Positions 48,599-58,330 are shown, counted from the first letter of the whole stretch. The stretch is 61,871 bases of DNA, filler included, from 6 parts of 6 records of this genome joined end to end with filler, not necessarily neighbours in it; one strand, 5' to 3'. Made by a program: numbers and translations. The notes: generated by a model from the sequence alone, not told the origin.

Positions 48599-50107
48599 TT
48601 GATGAAGGATTTACCAAAATTAGGATTTTTGTATCTTGATTATGTTTTAAGGTTTTTTGATTATTCAAACTTCAAAGGTTGGCCTGATAAAATAGAATCA
48701 GTAACTTATCATTGGAAGAAAGATAAAGATAGATTTATTAAAGAGGTTAAAAAAAAGAAAATAGATATTCTAATTGGTAATATTCCAGCAACTGCTTATG
48801 ATACTTTTGTTGAAATTTCAAAAGAGCTTCCAAATGTTAGATTTGTACCCTCTTTAGAAACCCAATTTTCCAATAAATCAAAAGAAAATGTTACACTTTT
48901 TTGTAAAAAAAACAACCTTTCAATACCTAAAACAAAAATATTCTATGATTATGAAAAAGGTTTTGATTATCTTAAAAACAAAGCAAAATTTCCTCAAATA
49001 GTAAAAAGGTCTTATGGTCCTTCAAATTATGGTGGCTATTTTGTTCATAAAGTAGATAACTACAAAGAAGCAAAAAAACTACTTGAAAAGAAAAAGTATC
49101 TACCTATCTATACACAAAATGCCATTGACTTAAAATATTCTGGTGATATTAGAGTTATGTTAATAGGTCATAAACCTGTTTGCGCATTTTGGAGATTTTC
49201 AGGTGATGGAGAATGGATAACAAACACTTCTCAAGGCGGTTCTATGTCATATGAAAATGTTCCAATGAATGCCTTAGAATTAGCAGTTGAAGCTAGTAAA
49301 GCTGCAAAAGCTGAATACTGGGCTTGTGACATTGCAATTGATGCAAAAACAAACAAGGCATATATCTTAGAGTGTGCAACGGCATTTGCAGCGTTTCCTT
49401 ATATAAGAGATTGGATATGTCAATACTTGATGTGGGACTTTTCAAATGGTAAATGCCCTATGCCTCATGTTCCTTTATTTTCATGGGAAGAATTAGGAAA
49501 AATAGACTCTTCTCTACTTAGAACTATGAGACATATTGGTTTTAGTAAATATAAACCTTCATGCGATGGAACTTGGTATATAAATGACAAAACTGATGAA
49601 TTTGATATGGAAAAAACTTTATTAAGTATTCCAAGTGATGTTCCACAATCTATTACACCAGAAAAACTTCCAATAAAAGATGAATTAACTAAAAAACCAA
49701 AAAAACAGGAAGATTTTGTATTCCCTAAAATAAATTTCAATTCTGCTTCTCTTACAGATATCATGACACTTCATGGTATGGAAGAAGCTCTTGCTTTAGA
49801 GATACAAGAGTATATTGAAACAACTACAATAACTGATTCTACAGATTTACTAGAACTTGAATCTATCGATGAACAGATGTTAAAAACTTGGAATGATAAC
49901 TTAGATGATATGAGAGTTGATATAAATACAACTGATGAAGAAACACTTAAAAAAATCAAAGGCATAGGCTCTAAGTTAGCAAGAATCATTTTAGACTTTA
50001 GAGAAAAAATAGATGGATTTAAAAGTATTGATGAGTTAAAAAAGATTGATGGAATTGGCAAAAATAAATTAACTCAATTGAAGTCAAGATTAAAAATAGG
50101 AGAATAA
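48599..50107 (+). CDS. divergent ATP-grasp ligase fused to C-terminal ComEA-like helix-hairpin-helix domains
   Basis: N-half: NKSK, FPQIVK, DIRV, WITNTSQGG, ACDIA, ILEC; C-half: INFNSASL..IMTLHGM and DINT.DEETL.KIKGIG.KLA..I..FR....GFKSIDEL.KIDGIG. Confidence 0.8.
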   Translation: MMKDLPKLGFLYLDYVLRFFDYSNFKGWPDKIESVTYHWKKDKDRFIKEVKKKKIDILIGNIPATAYDTFVEISKELPNVRFVPSLETQFSNKSKENVTLFCKKNNLSIPKTKIFYDYEKGFDYLKNKAKFPQIVKRSYGPSNYGGYFVHKVDNYKEAKKLLEKKKYLPIYTQNAIDLKYSGDIRVMLIGHKPVCAFWRFSGDGEWITNTSQGGSMSYENVPMNALELAVEASKAAKAEYWACDIAIDAKTNKAYILECATAFAAFPYIRDWICQYLMWDFSNGKCPMPHVPLFSWEELGKIDSSLLRTMRHIGFSKYKPSCDGTWYINDKTDEFDMEKTLLSIPSDVPQSITPEKLPIKDELTKKPKKQEDFVFPKINFNSASLTDIMTLHGMEEALALEIQEYIETTTITDSTDLLELESIDEQMLKTWNDNLDDMRVDINTTDEETLKKIKGIGSKLARIILDFREKIDGFKSIDELKKIDGIGKNKLTQLKSRLKIGE

Positions 50108-50111
50108 GCTT

Positions 50112-52706
50112 TTGAAGCAATTATATCGTTCATATAATGAATCGACAGAAATATTTAAGCAGTATCAAAAAAGTTTCCCTAAATACTTTAAAATAGAATC
50201 TATAGGGGAAACTTGGGAAAAAAGAGATATAAATTTAATAACTATCTCTGAAAACATTGAAACTGCTGACAAAAAACCTGCTTTATTCTTTACTGGCACA
50301 ATACATGCAAGAGAATGGATTGGGCATGAGTTAGCAATTGAATTTACTAAATATATTTTAGAAAATATCGATATGGATCCTGCAATACAAGCTTATTTAA
50401 AAAAAGCAACTATTTATATGGTACCTTGTGCTAACCCAGATGGTTATGAATACTCAAGAACACACTTCTCTTTTTGGAGAAAAAATAGAAGAATGAATGC
50501 AGATGGCTCATATGGAGTTGATTTAAATAGAAACTTCCCTATTGGGTATGTCAAATCAACAGTTACAACTTCAAATGTCTACGGTGGTCCTGAACCTTTT
50601 AGTGAACCAGAAACAAGAGCCTTGCGAGATTTTGTAGAAAAGCATTCTAATATAACAATTGCTTTAGATTATCACTCTCAAGGAAATGTCTTTTTCCCTG
50701 CACACGATTTTAGACATGAAGATACAATTGATACAACAGACATGAATGTATTATGTGCAAATATGGCTGAAGCTATAAGAAAAATATCAGGAAGAGAATA
50801 TGGTATCCATCAAGGAAAACCTCCTGTAAAACTTATCTCAGGAAGTGGCAGAGAGTTTTATCACTCAAAAGGGATTTTATCAACTGTTGTAGAAGTAGGA
50901 ACAAGAAATATTTCTGATTATATGGATGATATGGATGAAAATATTAGAGAACATATTCCTGCACTTCTTACTGCTTTAAGAGAGGTTCCTAATTATTGTA
51001 AAAACAATAGTGTAAAAAGAGTAAATTCTTTTGAGATTACAGAGATTGGTTCAAACCATGTAAACCTAAAATGGGATTACGAATTTACAAATGACATATA
51101 TTTTGAACTTTATAGAGCAAAAAGAGATAAATATTATTGTAAAACTTCAAATCTAATTGCAAGAACAAGAGCTTTTGAATTTAGTGATATCAACCTAGAA
51201 ACCAATAAGGATTACTACTATAATATTAGAGTAGTTAATAAAAAGACATTAGAAAAATCACCTTTTTATCCCCAAATAAAACTAAAAACAGACCCCGAGT
51301 ATGATGAGTTTAGCAGAACTTATTATGCAAATGCTAAAGAAACAGGTTATGTCGCAGAAAATTTAAATGACAATGCAAAACATTTTGGTATAAACTCTTT
51401 ATTTGTAGGTATTGATACAAATAAAGGTGTATCCTATGCCGTTGTTACTATTGGGGTTAAATCGTTGCCTGATAATGCAATTATTAAAAATGCATCAATA
51501 AATCTATACCCAATCAATAGAGTATCAACAACAATTGAAAAATATGGCGAATGGAATGTAGGTATAGTAGACCAAGAAACAATGGGTGACATAACAAATT
51601 TTGATGATGTTGATAGCATGCAAATACTTGAATATGTAGGCAGACCAACACAATCACATCAATTAACGCAAGGTATTTGGAGAACTTGGGAATTTTCTGG
51701 GATAGAGTGTAAAACACTACAAGAGGTATCATTAAAATATGGCAAAATTGTTTTTAGAGTTGAAGGACCTAAAGAGTTGATTATTGGAAGAACAAGACAA
51801 ATGATGCAATGGGACATTGGCTATGGAAAATTTGGTTATGGACTTCCTTATAGACCAAGACTAGAAATAACATATACAATCTCTCCAACAACAATTGAAC
51901 TTTATCCAAAAGCTGTATATACAGTAGACAAAAATGGTGTATTAGAAGATGAAATTAGTGCAGGTTTTGATGAGGAAGGAAGAAAGATATTTTCAACCTT
52001 TGAATTCAATCTAGCTTCTCTGCCATCTTTTGATTATACTATGGTGAAAAAAGCCTACTTTGAACTAAACTCTACAAATATCTATATTAAAGATGATATT
52101 CGTTTCCATTTGGAGTTTGTTGATGAAAATATTGATAAAGACTATAAAAGTATTGCAAGTAGAGAAATCATTCAAACAATAGGATATGATGTAAGTGCTG
52201 CAGAGTTAAAAAACAATCAAACTCAATACTTTATCTTTGACACCTACTCAGAAATCACTTTAAATCAAAAATTAAAAGATAAAACAGATGTTGCTTTTGT
52301 ACTAAATCCAACATCATCACAAAAAGCTATAAAAAATAAAAGCGTATCATGGGAAATAAAGAACCAAAGCCTTTCACCTAAACTCATTATTGAATATATT
52401 CAAAAAAGAAGATACCCTTTAGAAAAAGTAAAAAATGCAAAACTTACTAAAGAAAATGGGAAAATAAAACTATCTTGGGATAATCCAAATGACCCAGATT
52501 TAAAAGGTGTAAAAGTTATCAAAAATCCATTTAGAAAGCCCTACTCTACACATGATGGACAGAAACTATATGCAGGTTTAGACAGCTATACATATGATGA
52601 TTTTGGTGCTAAAGATATTGAGAAGTATTATGCAATATTTACTTACGATGAGGTACCAAACTACTCTGAACCTGTGATAATTGAATATAACCCAAATAAA
52701 GATTAA
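50112..52706 (+). CDS. M14 zinc carboxypeptidase with FN3-like and additional C-terminal domains
   Basis: GTIHAREW, NPDGY, WRKNR, GVDLNRNF, FSEPET, DYHSQG; FN3-like V.LKW...YYYNIRVVN. Confidence 0.88.
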   Translation: MKQLYRSYNESTEIFKQYQKSFPKYFKIESIGETWEKRDINLITISENIETADKKPALFFTGTIHAREWIGHELAIEFTKYILENIDMDPAIQAYLKKATIYMVPCANPDGYEYSRTHFSFWRKNRRMNADGSYGVDLNRNFPIGYVKSTVTTSNVYGGPEPFSEPETRALRDFVEKHSNITIALDYHSQGNVFFPAHDFRHEDTIDTTDMNVLCANMAEAIRKISGREYGIHQGKPPVKLISGSGREFYHSKGILSTVVEVGTRNISDYMDDMDENIREHIPALLTALREVPNYCKNNSVKRVNSFEITEIGSNHVNLKWDYEFTNDIYFELYRAKRDKYYCKTSNLIARTRAFEFSDINLETNKDYYYNIRVVNKKTLEKSPFYPQIKLKTDPEYDEFSRTYYANAKETGYVAENLNDNAKHFGINSLFVGIDTNKGVSYAVVTIGVKSLPDNAIIKNASINLYPINRVSTTIEKYGEWNVGIVDQETMGDITNFDDVDSMQILEYVGRPTQSHQLTQGIWRTWEFSGIECKTLQEVSLKYGKIVFRVEGPKELIIGRTRQMMQWDIGYGKFGYGLPYRPRLEITYTISPTTIELYPKAVYTVDKNGVLEDEISAGFDEEGRKIFSTFEFNLASLPSFDYTMVKKAYFELNSTNIYIKDDIRFHLEFVDENIDKDYKSIASREIIQTIGYDVSAAELKNNQTQYFIFDTYSEITLNQKLKDKTDVAFVLNPTSSQKAIKNKSVSWEIKNQSLSPKLIIEYIQKRRYPLEKVKNAKLTKENGKIKLSWDNPNDPDLKGVKVIKNPFRKPYSTHDGQKLYAGLDSYTYDDFGAKDIEKYYAIFTYDEVPNYSEPVIIEYNPNKD

Positions 52707-52781
52707 ACTCTTTATTTGAGTTTGCTTTTTATTTTTCTACAAGATATAATAATTCTCAAATTTTATTACTAGGGAAAAATT

Positions 52782-53092
52782 ATGTTAATGAAGTTTAAAA
52801 ATAAATACCCACAAATACATCCTACAGCTTGGGTTGCACACAGTGCAGATGTAATTGGGGATGTAGAAATGGGAGAAAATTCTTCTATTTGGTTTCAGTG
52901 TGTTATTAGGTCAGATTTAACAAAAGTTAAGATAGGTAAAAACTCAAATATTCAAGACTTATCAATGATACATACTGATGTTGATACACAAACAATTATT
53001 GGAAATAATGTAACTATTGGACATAAAGTTATGCTGCATGGATGCACAATTGAGGATAACTGTTTAATTGGTATGAGTGCAACTATTTTAGA
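52782..53092 (+). CDS. gamma carbonic anhydrase family (YrdA-like) protein, 3' truncated
   Basis: ADVIGDV.MG..SSIWF..VIR.D, SNIQD..MIH, IG..VTIGH.VMLHGC.I.D.CLIGM.ATIL. Confidence 0.9.
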
Positions 53093-53192
53093 NNNNNNNN
53101 NNNNNNNNNNNNNNNNNNNNNNNNNNNNNNNNNNNNTTAATTAATTAANNNNNNNNNNNNNNNNNNNNNNNNNNNNNNNNNNNNNNNNNNNN
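53093..53192. other. artificial contig linker
   Basis: N-run + TTAATTAATTAA + N-run. Confidence 0.98.
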
Positions 53193-53267
53193 GTGCCAAG
53201 ATTTACAACATTCATTATAAGTAGCTTGAATGAATCAATAAATACAATATTATAAGGAAGTGATACC

Positions 53268-54092
53268 ATGAAGAGGAAAATTTTGATATTTTTAATATTA
53301 GTCATATCTATGCTAATAATAGGATGTGGAAACAAAGCTACTACTGAAACAGCTGAAAAACCTGCTGAAGTTTTAAAAGTAGGGATGGAATTAAAATGGC
53401 CTCCATTTGAAACAATAGATGAAAATGGAAAAGCTGTGGGGATCAGTGTAGATGTTGCTTATGAGCTGGGGAAATATCTGGGAAAAGAAGTAAAGATAGT
53501 TGATACGGCGTTTGGCTCATTAATCCCTGCTCTGGAAACAGAAAAAATTGATATTATCATCGCTTCAATGTCAATAACGGAAGAGAGGGCAAGAAAAATT
53601 AATTTTTCTGAACCATACTTCTATTTCTCATTAGTTACTCTGTTAAACAAAGAGAGTGAGATAAAAGGAAAAGATGATCTATTCACTAGAGAAGAAGTTA
53701 AATTCGTAGGACCGAAAAGTTTCGTTTCACTTAAGATTCCAGCTGAAAAAGCTAATAAACCTGTATTAAGAGAGTTTGACGACAAATCAAGTGCAGTACT
53801 TGAAGTAGTTCAGGGAAAAGCAGATGCATTTATTATAGATGCAATAGCAGCTTCGGAATTTAACATGAAATATCCAGATCAAACTGAGATACTATGGGAC
53901 CCTGTACAACAATCAAAAATCGGAATGGGACTTAGACAGACTGATACTGAATTATTGGAAAAAGTAAATAAATTCATCAGTGAGCTTAATACTAACGGTG
54001 TTTATGCGGGATTAGCAGAGAAATATAATGCAACAATTCAAAAGAGTCTGCCGGGACAAACATTAGATTTTTATACAACATCGGGAGAATAA
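53268..54092 (+). CDS. polar amino acid ABC transporter substrate-binding lipoprotein
   Basis: lipobox IIGC; LKVGMEL.WPPFE, F.SLIPAL...KIDIIIASMSITEERA..INFS.PY. Confidence 0.9.
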   Translation: MKRKILIFLILVISMLIIGCGNKATTETAEKPAEVLKVGMELKWPPFETIDENGKAVGISVDVAYELGKYLGKEVKIVDTAFGSLIPALETEKIDIIIASMSITEERARKINFSEPYFYFSLVTLLNKESEIKGKDDLFTREEVKFVGPKSFVSLKIPAEKANKPVLREFDDKSSAVLEVVQGKADAFIIDAIAASEFNMKYPDQTEILWDPVQQSKIGMGLRQTDTELLEKVNKFISELNTNGVYAGLAEKYNATIQKSLPGQTLDFYTTSGE

Positions 54093-54094
54093 TA

Positions 54095-54856
54095 ATGGAG
54101 AAGAAAGATAAATTTATTAAAGGGCTAAACTTCATGTTAGCCCTTCTTGTTTTTTTTAGTTTTGTAATTTTTATAATAAATAGATTACCATCCAGTAATT
54201 TTAGTTTTTCATTTTTAGAGCCGTATAAAAAAATTATTTTTATCGGTTGGCTGAATACTATATGGATAAGTACAGTTGCTTTGTTTTGCAGTTTAATTAT
54301 AGGTTTTGTAATTTATACGATGACCATAAATAACATACCGTATCTGAGATATTTTATCAGATATTTGGGAATAATATTTAATGAGATAATATTTGGCTCA
54401 CCACTTCTTGTCTTTGTATTGATAGTTTATTATTTCGTAGGAACAGCCTTCAGATATGAAAACAGAATGGTATTAGGGATAGGAGCATTGAGTCTCTACA
54501 TGGCACCCTATATGACTAATCTGTTTAAAGGTGCGGTTGAATCAATTAATAAGGATCAGCACTTGGCAGCAAAAATATTTGGATTTAGCACGACTCAAAA
54601 ATACAGATATATTATCCTGCCACAAATTTTAAAGATTATTATGCCTCCTTTAGCTGGGAATCTGACTTTTATAGTTAAAGGAAGTGCTCTCCTGCATATG
54701 ATAGGTTATAGAGAACTATTCTATACTATTTCTACAGCACAGTCCAGAACATATGCATTTACAGAAGGATATTTGCTAATGATGTTGTCGTATCTGTTCA
54801 TAACTATTCCTTTGATTAGAGTTACAACCTATTTAGAGAGAAGGTATACACGATGA
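54095..54856 (+). CDS. polar amino acid ABC transporter permease
   Basis: G.PLLV, ESI.K.Q..AA...G.S..Q.YRYIILPQ, multi-TM. Confidence 0.88.
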   Translation: MEKKDKFIKGLNFMLALLVFFSFVIFIINRLPSSNFSFSFLEPYKKIIFIGWLNTIWISTVALFCSLIIGFVIYTMTINNIPYLRYFIRYLGIIFNEIIFGSPLLVFVLIVYYFVGTAFRYENRMVLGIGALSLYMAPYMTNLFKGAVESINKDQHLAAKIFGFSTTQKYRYIILPQILKIIMPPLAGNLTFIVKGSALLHMIGYRELFYTISTAQSRTYAFTEGYLLMMLSYLFITIPLIRVTTYLERRYTR

Positions 54857-55584
54857 ATCTAATATTAAATAACTTACATAAGGATTATAATAAAAAAGTA
54901 CTTAACGGACTTAATCTGAATCTGAAAGAGAAGCATGTAGTAGGGGTAATAGGTCCCAGTGGTGGTGGTAAATCCACACTTCTGAGGTTACTTGCAGGGA
55001 TTGAAGAGATCACAGAGGGAACTATTATAATAAATGATATGGAGATCAAAAAAGAAAAGATGAAAGAGTATCATAAAAAAATAGGATTTGTATTTCAGAG
55101 TCATTGTTTGTTTCCTCATCTTAGTGTATTGCGAAATATTACTTTGATTCTTGAGGAGATTCATGGAATTAATAAAGAAAAGGCTGAGAAGAGAGCTATT
55201 TTGTTATTAGAAAAATTTGATCTGATAGAGCATATCAATAAAAAACCAAATCAACTAAGCGGCGGTCAGTCTCAGCGTGTATCAATAGTGAGATCACTAG
55301 CAATTGAACCGGAGATACTGTTCTTTGATGAGCCTACCAGTTCACTAGATCCTATTTTAACCTATGAAGTTCTTGAGACAATAATTAAACTAAAAGAAGA
55401 AAAGAAAGATTTTATAATAGTAACACATGAGATTGGTTTTGCCAGGGATGTTGCGGACTATATCCTATATATAGATGAAGGAAAAATTATGGAGCATGGT
55501 ACTCCGGAGATACTCAGCAATCCTCAAAGTGATAGTCTGAAAGCATTTCTATCAAAAGTTCTCAGTTGGCATCAAAACGGATAG
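54853..55584 (+). CDS. polar amino acid ABC transporter ATP-binding protein
   Basis: GPSGGGKST, GFVFQS..LFPHL, LSGGQSQRV, FDEPTSSLDP, VTHEIGFA. Confidence 0.92.
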   Translation: MNLILNNLHKDYNKKVLNGLNLNLKEKHVVGVIGPSGGGKSTLLRLLAGIEEITEGTIIINDMEIKKEKMKEYHKKIGFVFQSHCLFPHLSVLRNITLILEEIHGINKEKAEKRAILLLEKFDLIEHINKKPNQLSGGQSQRVSIVRSLAIEPEILFFDEPTSSLDPILTYEVLETIIKLKEEKKDFIIVTHEIGFARDVADYILYIDEGKIMEHGTPEILSNPQSDSLKAFLSKVLSWHQNG

Positions 55585-55599
55585 AGAATAATATGTTTT

Positions 55600-55677
55600 G
55601 TAGGGGCTGACTCCCATGTCAGCCCTGGTTTATTTTAGAATAATAAAAACAGGGCGAACATAGGAGTTCGCCCGTAC
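55600..55677. repeat. inverted pair of GTAG-family REP elements (REPIN/BIME-like)
   Basis: GTAGGGGCTGAC-TCCCAT-GTCAGCCC (55600-25) and, on the minus strand, GTACGGGCGAAC-TCCTAT-GTTCGCCC (55652-77). Confidence 0.75.
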
Positions 55678-55701
55678 TACTAAATTATTATCATAACAAA
55701 A

Positions 55702-56112
55702 CTATTCACTAAAATCGTTCCAATGAGGCAGTGGTTTTCCTGTTTCTCTTGCTTCTTTTATTCCGCCAAAATATCGTACTTTTCTTTGTACATGTCTCAT
55801 ATCTTTTTGCAATTGCTCTAACTGTTCATACACATGCTTTTCCTGCTCTGTTAATAAATTCAATATATCATCAATCCGCTCAAAGCCCTCTTTTTCATAT
55901 TCGAAAAACTCCTTGATTTTGGCTATGGTCATTCCGGTTCCTTTGAAGCAAAAAATAGTATGTAATCTCTCTATATGATCATCTGTATAAACCCTTTTAG
56001 TTGCACTCTCTTTTTGTACATCTTCCAGAATACCTATCTCTTCATAATATCTTAGAGTAGAAGCCGGTATACTAAACATTTTCGATATCTCTTTTATACT
56101 GTATTTGTTCAT
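55702..56112 (-). CDS. MerR family regulator (AdhR/NmlR-like)
   Basis: YSIKEIS....IPASTLRYYEEIG; Cys in IFCFKGTGMTI. Confidence 0.9.
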   Translation of the reverse strand: MNKYSIKEISKMFSIPASTLRYYEEIGILEDVQKESATKRVYTDDHIERLHTIFCFKGTGMTIAKIKEFFEYEKEGFERIDDILNLLTEQEKHVYEQLEQLQKDMRHVQRKVRYFGGIKEARETGKPLPHWNDFSE

Positions 56113-56147
56113 TTTATCTCCTTTCCTGATAAAAAATAATTTTCCTC

Positions 56148-56178
56148 TTTACTTCAAGTATACTTGAAGTAGTAATAT
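56148..56178 (+). promoter_or_regulatory. MerR-type promoter/operator
   Basis: TTTACT-19 nt-TAATAT overlapping the perfect 22-bp palindrome TACTTCAAGTATACTTGAAGTA (56150-71). Confidence 0.8.
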
Positions 56179-56306
56179 TTGTAAAGAGGATTATGCTTAA
56201 CTATAATTTTGTATAAATTATAAAAATATTAAAACAAAACAGTGCAAAGTAATATTTTCTTAGGGTATAATAAAGTGTAAAATTATTAATCTTTAAGGAG
56301 GAAAAA

Positions 56307-56945
56307 TTGAATTTAAAAAGAATCGTTGTGGGTAGAGGAGATACTAATTGTTATTTTCTGTGGGATAGTCAGAAAAATCTGGTAGTAGTTGATCCGGGAG
56401 ATAATAGTGATAAATTAATAGATATAATAAAACTGGAAAATTTGAAACCGCAGGTGATTATTCTGACTCATTATCACTATGATCATATTTTGGCTGTGGA
56501 GAAGATTAAAAAAGAGTACGGGCTTCCTGTTTATATTCATGAAAATGGAGTAAAAGGTTTGAAAGATTCTATTATTAATCTTTCGGAATTAAGGCCGGTT
56601 CCAACAACAAGTATTGAAGCCGATAAAGCTTTAGTTGATGGTGAAGTATTGGAAATTGGTGAAATGAAACTAGAGATAATTTATACACCGGGGCACACTT
56701 CAAGTGATATCTGTATAAAGTGTGGAGATATATTAATTACCGGAGATACACTGTTTAAAAATTCAGTCGGAAGAAGTGACTTTGAAGAGAGTAGTTATGA
56801 AAATCTAAAAAAATCTGTATTGAATAAACTTATGGTTTTAAATGATGAAGTTGAAGTTTATCCCGGGCACTATGATTCTTCAACTATTGGACAGGAGAGA
56901 AGGGTTAATCCAAAAGTAAAAATGATGATACAAGAAAATAATTAA
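56307..56945 (+). CDS. MBL-fold metallohydrolase (glyoxalase II-like)
   Basis: TNCY, VDPG, THYHYDHI, TPGHT, TGDTLF..SVGR.D, VYPGH. Confidence 0.88.
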   Translation: MNLKRIVVGRGDTNCYFLWDSQKNLVVVDPGDNSDKLIDIIKLENLKPQVIILTHYHYDHILAVEKIKKEYGLPVYIHENGVKGLKDSIINLSELRPVPTTSIEADKALVDGEVLEIGEMKLEIIYTPGHTSSDICIKCGDILITGDTLFKNSVGRSDFEESSYENLKKSVLNKLMVLNDEVEVYPGHYDSSTIGQERRVNPKVKMMIQENN

Positions 56946-56963
56946 CTAGAGGAGATTTAAAAG

Positions 56964-57344
56964 ATGAAATATAAATTGGCACATGCATGTATTAGAGTAA
57001 TGGATTTAAAGAAATCACTTGATTTTTATCAAACTGCACTTGGTTTAAGTGAAGTCAGAAGAATGGATTATCCAGAGTGGAAATTCACTTTGGTATATTT
57101 AAGTGATAGTGATAAAAATTTTGAAATAGAATTAACTTATAATTATGATACTGAAAAACCATACGATATAGGAAACGGATTTAGTCATTTTGCTGTATAT
57201 GTTGAGGAGTTAGAAGAATCTCATAAACAACATAAAGAAGCAAATTATGAAATTACAGATATAAAAGGATTATCTGATGGAGCAGCTTCATATTACTTTA
57301 TAACTGATCCTGACGGATATAGAATGGAAATTATTGGAAAATAG
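56964..57344 (+). CDS. gloA: lactoylglutathione lyase (glyoxalase I, VOC family)
   Basis: HACIRVMDL.KSL.FY..ALG, FTLVYL, IELTYN, YDIGNGFSHFA, FITDPDGYR.E. Confidence 0.85.
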   Translation: MKYKLAHACIRVMDLKKSLDFYQTALGLSEVRRMDYPEWKFTLVYLSDSDKNFEIELTYNYDTEKPYDIGNGFSHFAVYVEELEESHKQHKEANYEITDIKGLSDGAASYYFITDPDGYRMEIIGK

Positions 57345-57360
57345 TATAGGAGGAATGATT

Positions 57361-58263
57361 ATGAATAGAATGATACTAGCAGAAGATTTATCTTTATCGA
57401 GAATTATACATGGATGGTGGAGAGCTGCGAATTGGAATTTTTCTCTGGAGCAGAGAGTAGAGTTTATTGAGAAGTGTATAGAGATAGGAGTAACTACATT
57501 TGACCACGCTGATATATATGATGGTGGTATAGCTGAAGAACTATTTGGTGAAGTACTGGAAGCAAGGCCTGAGCTTAGAGAAAAAATGGAGATAGTTACA
57601 AAGTGTGGAATCAGATTTGAGCATCCAAATATGCCAAAAAACGACGGTCATTATTATGATACCAGTTATGAGCATATTATGTATACTTTTGATAAATCAT
57701 TAAAAGGACTTAAAACAGATTATGTTGACCTGTTGCTTATCCACAGACCAGATATATTTATGGATCCGCAGGAAGTAGCGAGAGCATTTACTGAGCTGAA
57801 AGAAAGCGGAAAAGTTAAACATTTCGGTGTTTCGAATTTCCTGCCTGAACAGTTTGACATGTTACAATCATACTTGGACTTTCCTTTAGTGACGAATCAA
57901 CTGGAATTATCAGTAGCTTGTTATGATAATTTTGAAAATGGTGCTATAGATAATGCACTTAAGAATAGAACAAAACTTATGGCTTGGTCGCCATTAGCAG
58001 GAGGAAAACTGTTCTCTTGGCAAGATGAGAAATATGTGAGATTAAGAAATGCATTAGAGCATGTGAGGCAGGAAGTAGGAGCTCACGGCATAGATGAGGT
58101 GGCGTATGCATGGCTTATGAATCATCCGGCTGATATTGCACCGATAACAGGTTCTGGTAATTTTGCGAGAGTGGAGTCTGCTGTGAGAGCTATTGATATT
58201 AAATTAAATAGAAAACAATGGTTTAAAATTTTAGATGCATGCAGAGGATTTGAAGTAGCATAA
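57361..58263 (+). CDS. aldo/keto reductase (YdhF/YcsN-like)
   Basis: TTFDHADIY, TKCGI, DLLLIHRPD, GKVKHFGVSNF, AWSPLAGG; RBS AGGAGG before ATG 57361. Confidence 0.9.
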   Translation: MNRMILAEDLSLSRIIHGWWRAANWNFSLEQRVEFIEKCIEIGVTTFDHADIYDGGIAEELFGEVLEARPELREKMEIVTKCGIRFEHPNMPKNDGHYYDTSYEHIMYTFDKSLKGLKTDYVDLLLIHRPDIFMDPQEVARAFTELKESGKVKHFGVSNFLPEQFDMLQSYLDFPLVTNQLELSVACYDNFENGAIDNALKNRTKLMAWSPLAGGKLFSWQDEKYVRLRNALEHVRQEVGAHGIDEVAYAWLMNHPADIAPITGSGNFARVESAVRAIDIKLNRKQWFKILDACRGFEVA

Positions 58264-58283
58264 ATTTATAATAAAATTAAGCA

Positions 58284-58324
58284 TAAAAAAATTAAGGGTG
58301 TATAATATGCCCTTAATTTTTTTA
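58284..58324. terminator. bidirectional terminator
   Basis: AAAAAAATTAAGGG-TGTATAATATG-CCCTTAATTTTTTT between convergent genes. Confidence 0.7.
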
Positions 58325-58330
58325 TTAATA

